Below are positions 62,634 to 64,000 of a stretch of DNA of 64,000 nt, in pieces. The stretch is from the human T2T-CHM13v2.0 reference genome, Homo sapiens. The notes below the pieces were generated by a model. The model searched no databases. It was given only the letters and a program-made list of their open reading frames with translations, and was not told where the DNA came from. The stretch lies in NCBI RefSeq assembly GCF_009914755.1, contig NC_060930.1; one strand, written 5' to 3'. Positions within the stretch are counted from its first letter, which is position 1, and each line of letters opens with the position of its first letter. Both the position numbers and the translations under genes were made by a program.

Positions 62634-64000
62634 CCCATTTTGTTTGTTTTATTCACTATCTAGTGCCTACAAGCTTGAGAGAGTTGAAGATTGCTTACGA
62701 GAATTGGTAGCTTAATAAATATTTTCTTCATGAATCATAAAATCAATAAATTTTCATGTTTTTACAAGTAGTGTAGAAGAGCGATGTGACTACTAAACTA
62801 TATTTTTAAACAGATTTATTGAGATATAATTGACGTATACAATTATATACATTTGAGGTATACAACTTGACATTTTGATATGCATATACTTTGTGAAATG
62901 ATCACTACAATCAAGCTAGTTAACACATTCATTACCTCTACATTGTTATTATTGTGTGTGTACACCTGTGTGTGTGTGTGTGTGTGTGTGTTTGTGTATA
63001 CCTGTGTGTGTCGGGGGGGTGGGGCGAGGGGTGATCAGATTAAATTGAAGCAATATCCACTCAGCAAATTACAAATATCCATACGGTATTGTTAACTATC
63101 ATCATTATGTTGCACACTAGATGTCCAAAAATTATACATCTATAGCTAGGCTACTGAAAAATGACCATGTTTAGTGACTTTCCTTCAACCTGGTGTTGAT
63201 CTCAAATTGTGAATTGAAATTTTACCTAGAAGCTTTGATGCTGGGACTTAGAAAGTTCAGCTTGAATGATACAATTATTAAGCTCTTAAAGTCTTAAGAT
63301 AACTTTATTTAAATAATATTAATCTTAGATCATATTTTTGGCATTTTTAACATTGTATTGCATCTCTTTGTTTACAAGTGTATCAGATAGTGGAGTCTTA
63401 GAATAAAAGAATCATATTTGTTTTATTTTTTAATAAATTTGCTGTAGCACATGCTTAGTGCTTAATAAAATATGTACTAAATGAATAAATGGATGAATGA
63501 ATGAAATGTACAAAAGCATACATAGATGAACAGAATTTTTTCTGTTTTATTCTCTAACTTGCAAACTATAAAACTTATTTAATCAAGAACCCTCTCAGAC
63601 ATCTATGCAGTGTAAAGACAGCTAGACTTGGAGTCTAGTTTTCTCTGTCTTATTACCCTAACTCTGTCCTTAGCTTTCAATTTTATATTTTTCCTATGTC
63701 ACTTAGCAACTCTAGGCCATTATTTCTACATGGGAATACCCCCATCATATTAATTCCCTCAAAAAATGTTGGAATAAAAAAAAGGGTGTCAAATTGTTTT
63801 TTAAAAAGCTTAGACATATGCTATGAAGTATAATAAACATTATACCATTTTAAATAATTTTTAAATTTTTTAGATTATTTGAACCTTACTTAAGAAAAGC
63901 AAATAGTCTATATAATAGTGACATACTACTGTCTTCCTTCCTGGCTAATGAGGTAATGGATGTGTTGGTTTATAATAAGGACGCAGTAAATGGTAGTTAT

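Noticed and set aside
63013-63032. G-rich run that could form a G-quadruplex
   Set aside because: Short, next to a (TG)n tract inside an old L1 fragment, with nothing to suggest function.
58200-64000. Search for RHAG exon 1 and promoter
   Set aside because: No sequence encoding the RhAG N-terminus was found; the region is intron 1 and exon 1 is presumably beyond the window.

Overview
Primate (human-like) genomic DNA, recognisably the RHAG / CYP2AC1P region (chromosome 6p12 in human, from recognition of the genes rather than an alignment). The right half holds exons 2-10 of RHAG on the minus strand. All nine have canonical AG/GT boundaries and give 1073 coding nt, which with the known 157-nt exon 1 makes the 409-aa protein. 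Exon 1 was not found and should lie just beyond the right edge. The left end holds exons 3-7 of an unprocessed cytochrome P450 family-2 pseudogene (CYP2AC1P) on the minus strand, with a frameshift, a dead splice donor and two stops. Between them are a full-length but inactivated L1PA-type LINE-1 with a 15-bp TSD, several solo LTRs and many Alus. RHAG intron 1 contains a sense-oriented LTR12C and a complete THE1 element. The least explained signal is a cluster of local template-switch scars. Two separate MER39-like solo LTRs each carry short inserts copied from nearby DNA 0.6-4.3 kb away (91-94% identity, junction microhomology), one of them also has a fold-back scramble, and a ~500-bp near-perfect palindrome with an AT-rich VNTR core lies at 24065-24563. 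Repeat subfamily names come from remembered consensus sequences and need RepeatMasker/Dfam confirmation. I found no novel protein-coding system.
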